Assembly: GCF_032444005.1 (NCBI RefSeq)
Contig: NC_091289.1
Span: 5,890,001 to 5,954,000 of the forward strand
DNA length: 64,000 bases
Direction of reading: 5' to 3'
Origin: Ranitomeya imitator
Lineage: Eukaryota
The position numbers were made by a program, and so were the translations under genes. Shown here piece by piece: positions 47,801 to 58,785 of this stretch (its first letter is position 1; every line of letters begins with the position of its first letter). The notes beneath the pieces are model-generated. The model worked only from the letters and a program-made list of their open reading frames with translations. It ran no database searches and had not been told where the DNA came from.

Positions 47801-50800
47801 AGACAATGCAGTCAGTGACGCAGCTCTGGACTCCCGGCTGATACAATGTATCAGTGTAAGCAAAGAGTATATGTCAGGATGGGAGAGATCCGTGTCGCTT
47901 GTCTACATTGATACATTGTAACAAACGTATTTGCTCCAGATGTGATTAAGCCCATCTGTTTCCATTCACTGACAGCCAGCAGAGGTCCTGAAAATTGGGA
48001 AGAACTGAAAAAAAAAGTTTGTTAGAAAGTTGTAACGTTTTTCTTTCATGCTGGTGAAGCCGCACGACGCTCCACGCACTCACCATCCATGGAATGGACG
48101 GTCTCGAAGGCCACGATCTTGGGGGTGGAGGGGTCGGAGTTCTTCAGCAGCTCCCGCAGGTGAGCCACGTCGTTGTGGCGGAAGATGTACTTGGGCACAC
48201 GGCTGTTGCGGATCCCCTGGATCATGGAGGCGTGATTCCCAGAGTCCGAGTAGATCTCACAACCTAGAAGATCAGGAGTTAAAGTCGCCTTAATACAGTA
48301 TCGCACAGTCCTATAAGCTGTTCTGAAGCTGCGCATGCTGGGACTTGTAGTCCACACAGACTGCATGCTTCACACCACCAGTCCGGCAGATCCTCCCTCA
48401 CTTACCGGGTAACATCTTAGCCAGGGTGAAGAGCGTGGAGTCGTTCGCCACGAAACACGAGGAGAAGAGCAGCGCCGCGTCTTTACCGTGCAGGTCGGCC
48501 AACTCGTGCTCCAGATCCACGTGGAATTTACTCGTGCCCGAGATGTTCCTGGTGCCGCCCGCTCCGGCCCCGTGATATTTCAGGGTCTCACTATAGGAAT
48601 ATACAAGAGCAAATTCTTCTTAAAGGGGAAGTGCATAAAGCAATCTCTGTGGGGCAACATTGCACAGGCATCATGTAATGGTTTGCATAACTGCGATGTG
48701 TCGCCCTGCGGCTGCGGAAGCTTCCTCCTTCTACTACTTGTAACATACGGAGGAAAGCAATAAAAGGAGTCAATATTCTGGATATACGGTATTGCTTCAA
48801 CCTGTGGCCCAACTGCTGTTGTGAAACTACCACTCCCAACATGCAAAAACAAAATGCTGATACATTGTAGGAGGAGGAGGAGGAGGAGGAGAAGGAGGAG
48901 GAGGAGGAGTGGGCGAGTAGATGTCAATCAGCCACAAGCGAGAAGGTGAACATCCAGTATAGATCGTGTATAAAGGAGACGGATCTCTGTACAAAGGGCC
49001 AATTCCTGATCTATTCTAATCCCCGGATCACAGGGGCAGCGGGTCCCTTACACAGAGCTCGGCTTCCATCTGGGTCACGGCACCTCAGAAGCCTGAACAC
49101 TGTGTCCACGTGAGAATGTCCGACGTCACAACACACCGTCTCCATTATAAAAGGACGTTACCCAACCAGGGAGGAACGTGGACCGAAACATGAGAAACAA
49201 GAGGCGACGTGACCCAGATCAGGCCCCGCTAGAAGCAGATTCAGGTCAGGACATAATCACCTCGTTATCGCTCCTTTATCCCATGTGAACGGAGGAAGTG
49301 TAATTATGTTCTATACCATACAGCCTGGGATTAGCCCAGCACATAATGGGGGCCGCACTCCTGGGCCCCCCGGGGAATCGACCTACATTCTAGGTGATAG
49401 GTCACACGGGGGAGACGAGGGGCCGCAGAAACGATCACCGACACGTAATGAAGTCACATTTGGGCTCACTAATAGATCAGGGGACTTTGTTGTTTTGGGT
49501 CACTGGTTCCAAGTGTAGAATGTCTGCAGTGATACATTGTATCCAGGCCATCAGATAGAAGGCGAGCGCTCGGCAGCCTCCTGCACCCACACAGGATAAA
49601 TGCAGCGCCGGCGGGACACGTGCCCCGAGGATCTATACTAACGGGACAAGAGTGCCCCAGTCTGACAACCTGTGCCCTTCTCTGACAACCATTTCTGCTC
49701 CCAGCTTTCAGATCCTGACTGATCCGTTTTCACAGGTCAACCCCTTTAAGAAATGTGAAAATCAAAACTCACACGACCGCTCCGACCACTTCTGGATGGC
49801 GGCTCATCCCCAGGTAATCGTTGCTGCACCAGACTGACACGGACTTCTTACTGACCAGCGAGTCAGAGTAGTCGTCGGCCATGGGAAAGACCTGAGCGCG
49901 GCGGTTGACGGTCTTGAACACGCGGTAGGTGTGGTCGCTTTTTTTTTCTTCTATTTTTTTCTCAAAGAAGTGGTCGTATTGGAACGTGCGCACGGCTGAG
50001 AAAAAAAAAAATTATATATATATATATATACATACATACATACATACATACATACATACACATTACATGAATGCAAAGATTACACAGAAGTGCTGCACCG
50101 GCCGGGGTCTCATCACACCGCGATCGCAGCCGTGCCGGCCTCGTCTTACCAGACGTACAGTGACAGGGTCAGTAAGATCAGGAGTATTTATACTGAGGAG
50201 TGGTTACATACCATTTCTAGATTGTTTCCATTCCTCAGGATGCAGCCTGCAGTGTAAAGCATGGAGGATGTCAATCACCTTTTTACATCACTTGTAGGGG
50301 ATCTTATTTAATATAATTTGCAGGGGTGTAACTATAATAGGTGAAGGCTGTAATTGGAGCCTGGAGGGGCCCATATGTAGCGACTATTACCATTAGCCAT
50401 CTACAATAGTTGGGGGTCCGGTTTGAGACTTCAGGTGACACCGCTGATCATCTGTATACAGAGGGAGGTTTATTACACACTGGATGGACAAGCCATGGCG
50501 GCCCCCATTCTTTACACTGCAGGCTACATCCTGAGAAATGAGGCAGCGAGGAGCGCAGGACGGACAGTTACATTTTGGCATGTTGTCCTGCAGGAGGTGA
50601 GACACCAGTTCGGGCTTCTGGAATTGCTCCAGGACCCTCATCTTCCTCGCCGGCTTCGGATCAGATATGGCCGGCTCCTCGACAGGCAGCGACTTCTGGT
50701 CTGAAAACGTAGAATTCAGGAATGTTTTTCAAACAAGAAAATCCAACGACAATACGGCGAGAATAGCGGGAGCCGAGCCCATGGGGGAGGGGAGTCTGGA

Positions 50801-53800
50801 GCGTAATAGTCACACCTTCATTATAAGCAAGGAGCGGCCCAGGAGCCAAGAGGCGAAGAAGCAGCCGCGACCACTACATATGCTGGATTATAATGGGGGC
50901 GACCATACCGCATCCTGACTGGGGGCGTCCCGATGGGAGCGGTAATTGCAGCAGATTGAGAATTACCCCCTTCTCTTAAAGCTAATAAGCAGCTGTCTAC
51001 AATGGCGGGAGGTGCAGAACGTACCTCTCCGGCGGCTCCGCACTTCGCGCACGTCCTCCTGCAGAGCGAGGCTGGCCTTGCGGAGCACGCTGCTGCTCTC
51101 CTGGCTCAGCTCTCCGGCCAGGAAGGGGCACTTGGACACGCTCTGGTCGACCGGCGCCGGGGACACGGGGCAGGAGACGGCCGCTGCCGGAGGCTTCGTA
51201 TCTGGAGAGAAGAAATACAAATATTCCACTTTATAAGAAGCTGTGTTAGTAATAAATGTCCGATCATCCGGCATCGTGATATCTGAGAGGTGCCGGATTA
51301 CCGGGCGATCAGAGAAGACTACACCCCTCACTGCGCAGCGGATTTATCAGGTCATCGGCCGCAGGATTAAATGGAATCTTACTGAATAAAGTCTGAACCT
51401 AATAAAACATTTGTTACATCACAGAATGACACAGCAAATTAAGATCTGGCAGGACAGAACATTCCAGAACACAAAGAGCGCAGGAGCAGCAGAGTTCAGA
51501 GATAAGGCCGGTGTGTGCCGCACCTCCCGGGTCAGATCCGTCCTCAGGACAGAGGGATCTGCACCAGCAAACTCCGCTCACCCCGCAGTCCTAGAACAAG
51601 TGCCGGATTATCAGATGCCGGATTACAAGAGCGACGGCTCATGCAGATCGGTCCGCGCAGGGGCTGGTGGTGCACGGACCGACCGTGAGTCTCCGGAGCA
51701 CGACGGCCTCAGTATTTCTATGCCGGGGTCGGGAGAGTCGCGGACAGTCCTGGTATTACGGTCAGAGATCGGATCAGGATCCACATGAGCCCAACACTAA
51801 TGTTTGTACCCCACCATCCAGTAATCAGGAGAGTCTGATAATCCGGCACGCGGCCGGTAACTTGTTAAAGTGACAATTTTGCATTCACAAATGACTTATG
51901 TGGTTCCTTCTTTGGAAATCTCAATCGGGTCACTGATGCCAGATTAAAGGAATTTTACATAATGAGACCTTTCTATGGATATTACATCCTGTAATCCGGC
52001 ACATGACCAGCAACAATCTGAGACGTAGAATCTTCAGCCGTGGAAAATCACGAGACGAAGACACGAGTGCGGATCCAGAACCCATGATCCCAGCAGCAGC
52101 ATAGGCACCGGGAGGAAGGAGGGCAGAGGGTGCGGTGCCCCGGGCCCCCAGGAGCTGCGCGGCAGCAGGGACACGATGGCTCTGCCCGGACTGTAGGTCA
52201 CATTAGTCCATAGCAAGTAATGGTAAACTGACTGAACAGAGGACCAGTCTGAGTTTTCATAGATTTCACCAGCCATTGTGCTATTCACACTTCATGTATC
52301 ACATTCATTTGCTTTAGTGGTCACATTAGTCCAGCGGCCGCAGAGCAGCCGGTCCAGAGCGGAGCGCAGCAGCACACGGCGTCACCGGATTCGTGTGCCC
52401 GGGACCTGCCGCTGTTTGCTGTACTGGCGGGAGTAAGGACCGTACAGGAGGCCGATTCTTTTCTTTTAAAATTGTGTTATGGCTGTAACGTGTGGGGGCT
52501 ACAAACGGGGCCTCTAAATAGTAGGTGCTACTAAGGGGAGGCCATGATACAGTGTGGGGCTCATGACACTATGTGGGAGCATTATACTGTGTATAGGGGA
52601 GCTGCACAGGGGGAGACTCGGGACATTATTACATGTAAAGTGGACACTTAATGTTCTAGGGGAACTCAGGTTACTGTGACTATCAAAGGGGCACACAGGG
52701 CAATATTACTTTCTATAGGACAATATGGGCACTGTTTTCTAGAGCACTTGCACCCGGCATTACTATATTATAGGGGGGTGCTTTACCAGTAAGAGGGCAC
52801 AGAGAACCACACAGCAGCAGTAATAGGGACATATGGCAGCAGCGGCTCAGTATTGGGGTATCAGGGGCAGTAATAGGGACACATGGCATCTACCACTATA
52901 TGGGCACCATATGGCAGTAATATCAACATTGGTCTTTGCACAGTGATTATTTTCAGTAACAGCGCGGTCATCTGCTGAGGGTCTCCTACATCCACCATTG
53001 GGGGCGTCACCATAGTGGTAATCAGGGATACCTGGTTAGGGGCCCAGTGAGAAGTTTCGCCCCCTCTGAACCAAACCCCTAGCTACGCCTCTGGATCCCA
53101 GGTTAAAAGAATTTTCTATTTTTTGTATCTTCCGTCCGTCCGGCATTTATAAGACACTGATCTATTGGGATTTCTGGACTGAAATGTTCAATGCTCAGAT
53201 CCTTCTAACCCGTCATCAGTCTGGGTAGAATCAGGAGTCACATCGATTTGTGTTATTCCAGATTAAAGGAATTTTATGGATTTAAAACTTTAGTCATATC
53301 GCAACCAATTATAGAAAAGCAGATAACCGCCCCTCCCCCTCAGGTGAATATTTGCCGTCGAGGTTCCGGCAGATCCAGATCGATGACCTTTGTCGCTCCA
53401 ATGTGACAACCAGCAGTGATCGCTTGTACGTTCAGTCTGTGTCAGCGCCATTGTTTTATAGGGTGAAGTGCAACAGAGTCCAAAGCCCAGAGGACAAAGG
53501 GCGGACTGATATAAATACATAATATCCATGTACTGAAGGTCAGGGACAATTCCAGAACCCTCGGTGGGGGAGGACCCCTAATAAAAGGGATTGGCGCCTC
53601 GCTGCCCAATAATACACTGTGGGGGGAGGGGATATTTGCGCTCAAGGGTTTATTTTAGAGTGCAAGCTCCGTGTGCAGGAATGTCATGTGACCAGCAATG
53701 AGCGTTAGGAACACTACCCCCATCAGGCACCCTCACTGTAGGACAGGTAACCACTGACAGCAATGATGGGAACATGACTAATCTGCAATCAAAGGGAATT

Positions 53801-54115
53801 ACCAGTTAATGGAATATTTTAGGGAATTGCCATTTATGCATTTGTTCATATAATCTAGGCCCAGCGGTTTAACTACAACTCCCAGCATCCCATACACCCA
53901 GGTGACTGCCGGCTCTTACTCTGACCGCTGCTCGACGTCTCCTTGGTCTCCTGGCGGTGCGCAGCGGAGGTGCTGAGCTGGGCGCTGGACAGGGCTCTGG
54001 GCGCCATCATCACAGGGCAGTTCTGGGCATAGGAGATTAGAGATTTGCCGGCTTTCTGGAGGAAGGTCTGCGAGACCCTGGAGAGGAAGGGGCAACGGCG
54101 GACGATTGCCTCCAT
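44851..54115 (-). CDS. ALAS1: 5-aminolevulinate synthase 1 (non-erythroid, mitochondrial), 615 aa
   Basis: Ten coding exons, all GT-AG and phase-consistent: 54115-53920, 51201-51025, 50700-50572, 49995-49773, 48590-48406, 48263-48084, 47186-47022, 46933-46665, 45861-45699, 45011-44851. N-terminus [26 protein letters not shown]; heme-regulatory motifs RCPFL, NCPVM and KCPFL; [11 protein letters not shown]; [10 protein letters not shown]; PLP-lysine SGTLGKAFG; C-terminus [18 protein letters not shown] (ALAS1-type). AATAAA at 44733-44738. Confidence 0.98.
46135..46655. repeat. ~55-bp composite tandem repeat in an ALAS1 intron (~9 units)
   Basis: Recurrent ctggacacggt(agt/gct)cagcctcccaccaccgctcc(g/a)ccctggaca...gcc. 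Confidence 0.88.
47722..47982. mobile_element. Foldback MITE-like element (family also at ~54417-54700)
   Basis: Inverted arms ctgcttgctgtcagtgaacg / cattcactgacagccagcag enclose two GATACAWTGTAWC motifs. Confidence 0.5.
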
Positions 54116-54416
54116 GCTGATCACTGGATCTACGAAGAGACAAGAGTCAAGGTCAGCGGCACAGACCGCAAACAACACTGGAGAGCGACCAAGAACAGAA
54201 AAAAAAAAAAAGTTAAACCAAAAATGTGACATTTGTAACAAAGAAATGACGACAATATCTGTTACCAATCAGTGACTACATTTACCTTCGCAGATTAAGC
54301 ACCTGACCTTATACTTCTCACAGGTGGAGATCCGTAACAATTGCAGCTGTTCTGCACAATCCTTTGTGAGCCGAACACATCGCACAGATCTCCCCCTGTC
54401 CCGATAGTACGAAAGA

Positions 54417-54700
54417 TGCTTTGTATCAGCATTTACAAGACTACTGCTTGTTGTCAGTGAATGGATACCTCCATCTTTACATCTAGTCATAAAAACGGCT
54501 TAGCTCAGATTGTTACAATGTGTCACTGCAGCCATGAAAAAAAAACGTATCCAGAGGATTGTCTAGACTGGAGAAAATTATAACAACAAACTCTCAGCTG
54601 TGAGAAGGAATTAGGCAGAGCAGGTTTTATGACTAGGAGTTAGTATTGATGTATCCGTTCACTGACAGCAAGCAGTAGTCTTAGAAACGAACATACAAGG
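54417..54700. mobile_element. Foldback MITE-like element
   Basis: 28-bp inverted repeat with 2 mismatches (54441-54468 / 54651-54678), extending imperfectly outward. Same arms as at 47722-47982. Confidence 0.55.
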
Positions 54701-55042
54701 CAGGTTTCATACTGTGCCGGAGGTTTCCCACAAATCTTATTTCTTGGCTCCGAGTCACCGTTCATCTGACGCTTCAGAAACAAACAGACCGTGAGACCCG
54801 AGACCGTGACCTAAACTGCGAATTACTACAATCCGCCCCCCCCCCCCCCCCTCCACTTCATCTATTGGAACACAGATAAATATTTACTAAGAAATGTTAC
54901 AATGTTTCTAATCCTGGCCGGTTATTAACCCGCCATCGTCCAGTACAGATAATCACTGCGGCTCCAGTCGTTATCTAGGAGCGATTATAACAATCCGATA
55001 TCAGACAGCAACATTGTATCGTGACAATGGCGCCCGGCCAGG

Positions 55043-55680
55043 ATAATAATAATAATTGTTATTTATATAGCGCCAACATATTCCGCAGCACTTTACAAAG
55101 CGGGGACATGTGCAGACAATAAATTCAGTACAAGTTGAAGCGCTTGAATAGGTCGGGGCTAGGGATCAGTCTGATCGTCTGGGGAAGGGCATTCCAGACA
55201 GCTGGCGCAGCACGAGAGAAGTCCTGGAGACGGAGGTGCGAGGTTCGGATTACGGGGGATGTTAGTCTTAGGTCATTTGTAGAACGGAGGGCACGTGTAG
55301 GGAGATAGACGGAGATGAGAGAGGAGATATAAGGTGGTGCAGAGCTGTGGAGAGCTTTGTGGGTGAGAGAGATGAGTTTATACTGGACCCTGTAGCGAAT
55401 GGGTAGCCAGTGTAATGACTGGCACAAGATGGAGGCATCGGTGAAGCGGCTGGACAGAAATATGACCCTGGCTGCTGCATTCAAGATGGATTGGAGGAGA
55501 AAGTTTGGAAAGAGGGAGAGCGATCAGAAGAGAGTTGCACTAGTCCAGACGAGAATGAATGAGAGCGACAGTGAGAGTCTTAGCAGTGTCAACGGTGAGA
55601 AAAGGTCGGATTCTGGAGATGTTTATAAGATGCAGGTGACAAGAGCGAGTGATCGGATATAGGGAGTAAAGGAAAGTTCA
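55043..55680 (-). mobile_element. L2-clade LINE 3' fragment
   Basis: ORF2 C-terminal peptide NAAARVIF...LHWLPIRYRVQYKLISLTHKALH..APPYISSLI...RALRS...DFSRAAPAVWNALP. The 3' tail is gtaaagtgctgcggaatatgttggcgctatataaataa followed by (tta)n. Confidence 0.88.
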
Positions 55681-55714
55681 GATAGATACAGGGGGATGGG
55701 GGGTCCTCCCTACA

Positions 55715-55994
55715 GGCAGCACGGTGGCTCAGTGGTTAGCACAGCAGCGCTGGAGTCCTGAGCTCAAATCCCACCCAGGACAACATCTGCAAAGAGTTTG
55801 TATGTTCTCCTCGTGTTTGCGTGGGTTTCCTCCGGGTTCTCCGGTTTCCTCCCACATTCCAAAGACATACTGATAGGGAATTTAGATTGTGAGCCCCAAT
55901 GGGGACAGCGACGATAATGTGTGCAAAACTGTAAAGCGCTGCGGAATATGTTAGCGCTATATAAGCAATGAATAATAATAATAATAATAATAAT
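55715..55994 (+). mobile_element. tRNA-derived SINE of the V-SINE type
   Basis: A-box TGGCTCAGTGG (55725), degenerate B-box, conserved core gagtttgtatgttctcc..gtgtttgcgtgggtttcctccggg..ctccggtttcctcccaca, L2-like tail and (aat)n. Confidence 0.88.
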
Positions 55995-56010
55995 ACTACA
56001 GGGGGCACAA

Positions 56011-56174
56011 CCTACAGGCGCACCCTGAATAAACCAGGAGAGAAGGCACAAAATCTCATCATAGGGAAAAGTAAATAATAATAATAATAATAATAATTTA
56101 TATATACTATTTACTTTTCCCTATGATGGGATTTTGTGCCTTCGCTCCTGGTTTATTGAGGGTGCGCCTGTAGG
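56011..56174. repeat. 67-bp inverted repeat (3 mismatches) with a 30-bp AT-rich loop
   Basis: Arm 56011-56077 is the reverse complement of 56108-56174. Confidence 0.93.
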
Positions 56175-56395
56175 AATAATAATAATAACAATAATAATAA
56201 TAATAACAATAATAATAATAATGTAACCTAAAAAAGTCAAGAAAGTGAAGACAAATAGAAACATAAGATAAAATATGAATTAACAGACTGTAGAACCCCC
56301 GAGGAGCGGCCACCTGTGGAACTACAAGTCTCAGCACAGCGGCTGCGCCCGGAGGGGTCTGCAGGCAGGCGGCGGCGGCGGCGGCGGTCACTCAC

Positions 56396-56620
56396 GGTGC
56401 TCGGTGCGGGCGCGGTCGGTGCGGGCTGAGGTCTCTGGCGGAGCCGCAATGTCACCTGGTAATGTAAGGTCTTCCGGCTGATCGCTCACCGTGCCCTGCG
56501 ATCTGCGATTGGTGCAAGCTAACGCCCTCCTCCCGTCACTGACCAATCCCGTTACAGTATAGCGATGACTGACGTCCTTTTGCTACCAATCAATATTAAT
56601 TACATGACTGACGTAACAAA
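56396..56620 (-). promoter_or_regulatory. Probable ALAS1 promoter and non-coding first exon
   Basis: CpG-rich, minus-strand donors gtgagt (56395) and gtgagc (56489), CCAAT at 56508-12 and 56543-47, and TGACGT half-sites at ~56570 and ~56608. Vertebrate ALAS1 has non-coding 5' exon(s). Confidence 0.55.
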
Positions 56621-56942
56621 AAAATGTTCTCGTTGTGATCCCGCCCACTTTTTAAAGGGCCACACGCGTGTTTCGGTCTGTGCCCCGGGATCTGGATTAT
56701 TCGGAGAAGCACCGACCTCAGTACAGATTCCCCGCAGCATTATATGGGAAGAGGGCGCTTTATTACTTAAATGTAAATATTAGTGTCTAAAAAATCATTT
56801 CTGTAATTTGGTTTCATTAAACATGTTGCAGTGTTGGCCGTGTCTGGCCCCGGGCTGCTCGGTGCATTGTGGGTGAGTTCACACAAGAAGTAATATCACC
56901 GGGAATCCAGAAAAATCTGCACTGAATCCATGGTCACCTGTG

Positions 56943-58785
56943 ATGGGAGCGGAGGAGACGGGATGTGCCACTGCCAGGAGCGGAGGAGACGGGATGTGCC
57001 GCAGCCAGGAGCGGAGGAGACGGGATGTGCCGCTGCCAGGAGCGGAGGAGACGGGATGTGCCGCTGCCAGGAGCGGAGGAGACGGGATGTGCCGCAGCCA
57101 GGAGCGGAGGAGACGGGATGTGCCGCTGCCAGGAGCGGAGGAGACGGGATGTGCCGCTGCCAGGAGCGGAGGAGACGGGATGTGCCGCAGCCAGGAGCGG
57201 AGGAGACGGGATGTGCCGCAGCCAGGAGCGGAGGAGACGGGATGTGCCGCAGCCAGGAGCGGAGGAGACGGGATGTGCCGCTGCCAGGAGCGGAGGAGAC
57301 GGGATGTGCCGCAGCCAGGAGCGGAGGAGACAGGATGTGCCGCAGCCAGGAGCGGAGGAGACGGGATGTGCCGCTGCCGGGAGCGGAGGAGACGGGATGT
57401 GCCGCAGCCAGGAGCGGAGGAGACGGGATGTGCCGCAGCCAGGAGCGGAGGAGACGGGATGTGCCGCAGCCAGGAGCGGAGGAGACGGGATGTGCCGCTG
57501 CCAGGAGCGGAGGAGACGGGATGTGCCGCTGCCAGGAGCGGAGGAGACGGGATGTGCCGCAGCCAGGAGCGGAGGAGACGGGATGTGCCGCAGCCAGGAG
57601 CGGAGGAGACGGGATGTGCCGCAGCCAGGAGCGGAGGAGACGGGATGTGCCGCTGCCGGGAGCGGAGGAGACGGGATGTGCCGCTGCCAGGAGCGGAGGA
57701 GACGGGATGTGCCGCAGCCAGGAGCGGAGGAGACGGGATGTGCCGCAGCCAGGAGCGGAGGAGACGGGATGTGCCGCAACCAGGAGCGGAGGAGACGGGA
57801 TGTGCCGCTGCCAGGAGCGGAGGAGACGGGATGTGCCGCAGCCAGGAGCGGAGGAGACGGGATGTGCCGCAACCAGGAGCGGAGGAGACGGGATGTGCCG
57901 CAGCCAGGAGCGGAGGAGACGGGATGTGCCGCAGCCAGGAGCGGAGGAGACGGGATGTGCCGCAGCCAGGAGCGGAGGAGACGGGATGTGCCGCTGCCGG
58001 GAGCGGAGGAGACGGGATGTGCCGCTGCCGGGAGCGGAGGAGACGGGATGTGCCGCAGCCAGGAGCAGAGGAGACGGGATGTGCCGCTGCCGGGAGGGGA
58101 GGAGACGGGATGTGCCGCTGCCGGGAGCGGAGGAGACGGGATGTGCCGCTGCCGGGAGCGGAGGAGACGGGATGTGCCGCTGCCGGGAGTGGAGGAGACG
58201 GGATGTGCCGCTGCCAGGAGCGGAGGAGACGGGATGTGCCGCAGCCAGGAGCAGAGGAGACGGGATGTGCCGCTGCCGGGAGTGGAGGAGACGGGATGTG
58301 CCGCAGCCAGGAGCGGAGGAGACGGGATGTGCCGCAGCCAGGAGCGGAGGAGACGGGATGTGCCGCTGCCAGGAGCGGAGGAGACGGGATGTGCCGCAGC
58401 CAGGAGAGGAGGAGACGGGATGTGCCGCTGCCGGGAGCGGAGGAGACGGGATGTGCCGCTGCCAGGAGCGGAGGAGACGGGATGTGCCGCTGCCGGGAGC
58501 GGAGGAGACGGGATGTGCCGCAGCCAGGAGCGGAGGAGACGGGATGTGCCGCTGCCGGGAGCGGAGGAGACGGGATGTGCCGCTGCCGGGAGCGGAGGAG
58601 ACGGGATGTGCCGCAGCCAGGAGAGGAGGAGACGGGATGTGCCGCTGCCGGGAGCGGAGGAGACGGGATGTGCCGCTGCCAGGAGCGGAGGAGACGGGAT
58701 GTGCCGCTGCCGGGAGCGGAGGAGACGGGATGTGCCGCTGCCAGGAGCGGAGGAGACGGGATGTGCCGCTGTTGGGAGCGGAGGA
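56943..58785. repeat. 31-bp CpG-rich minisatellite (~59 units)
   Basis: Unit ggagcggaggagacgggatgtgccgc(a/t)gcc(a/g). Confidence 0.97.

Noticed and set aside
48868-50060. (GAG)n, (TA)n/(TACA)n and poly-A/T runs in ALAS1 introns
   Set aside because: Ordinary microsatellites with no further structure.
52480-53095. Possible hAT element ending ccctagctacgcctctg
   Set aside because: Only one TIR-like end was found; no partner end or TSD.
54115-54129. CAGTGA just before the ALAS start codon as an iron-responsive element
   Set aside because: There is no complementary stem around the hexamer, and the gene is ALAS1-type; the IRE is a feature of ALAS2.
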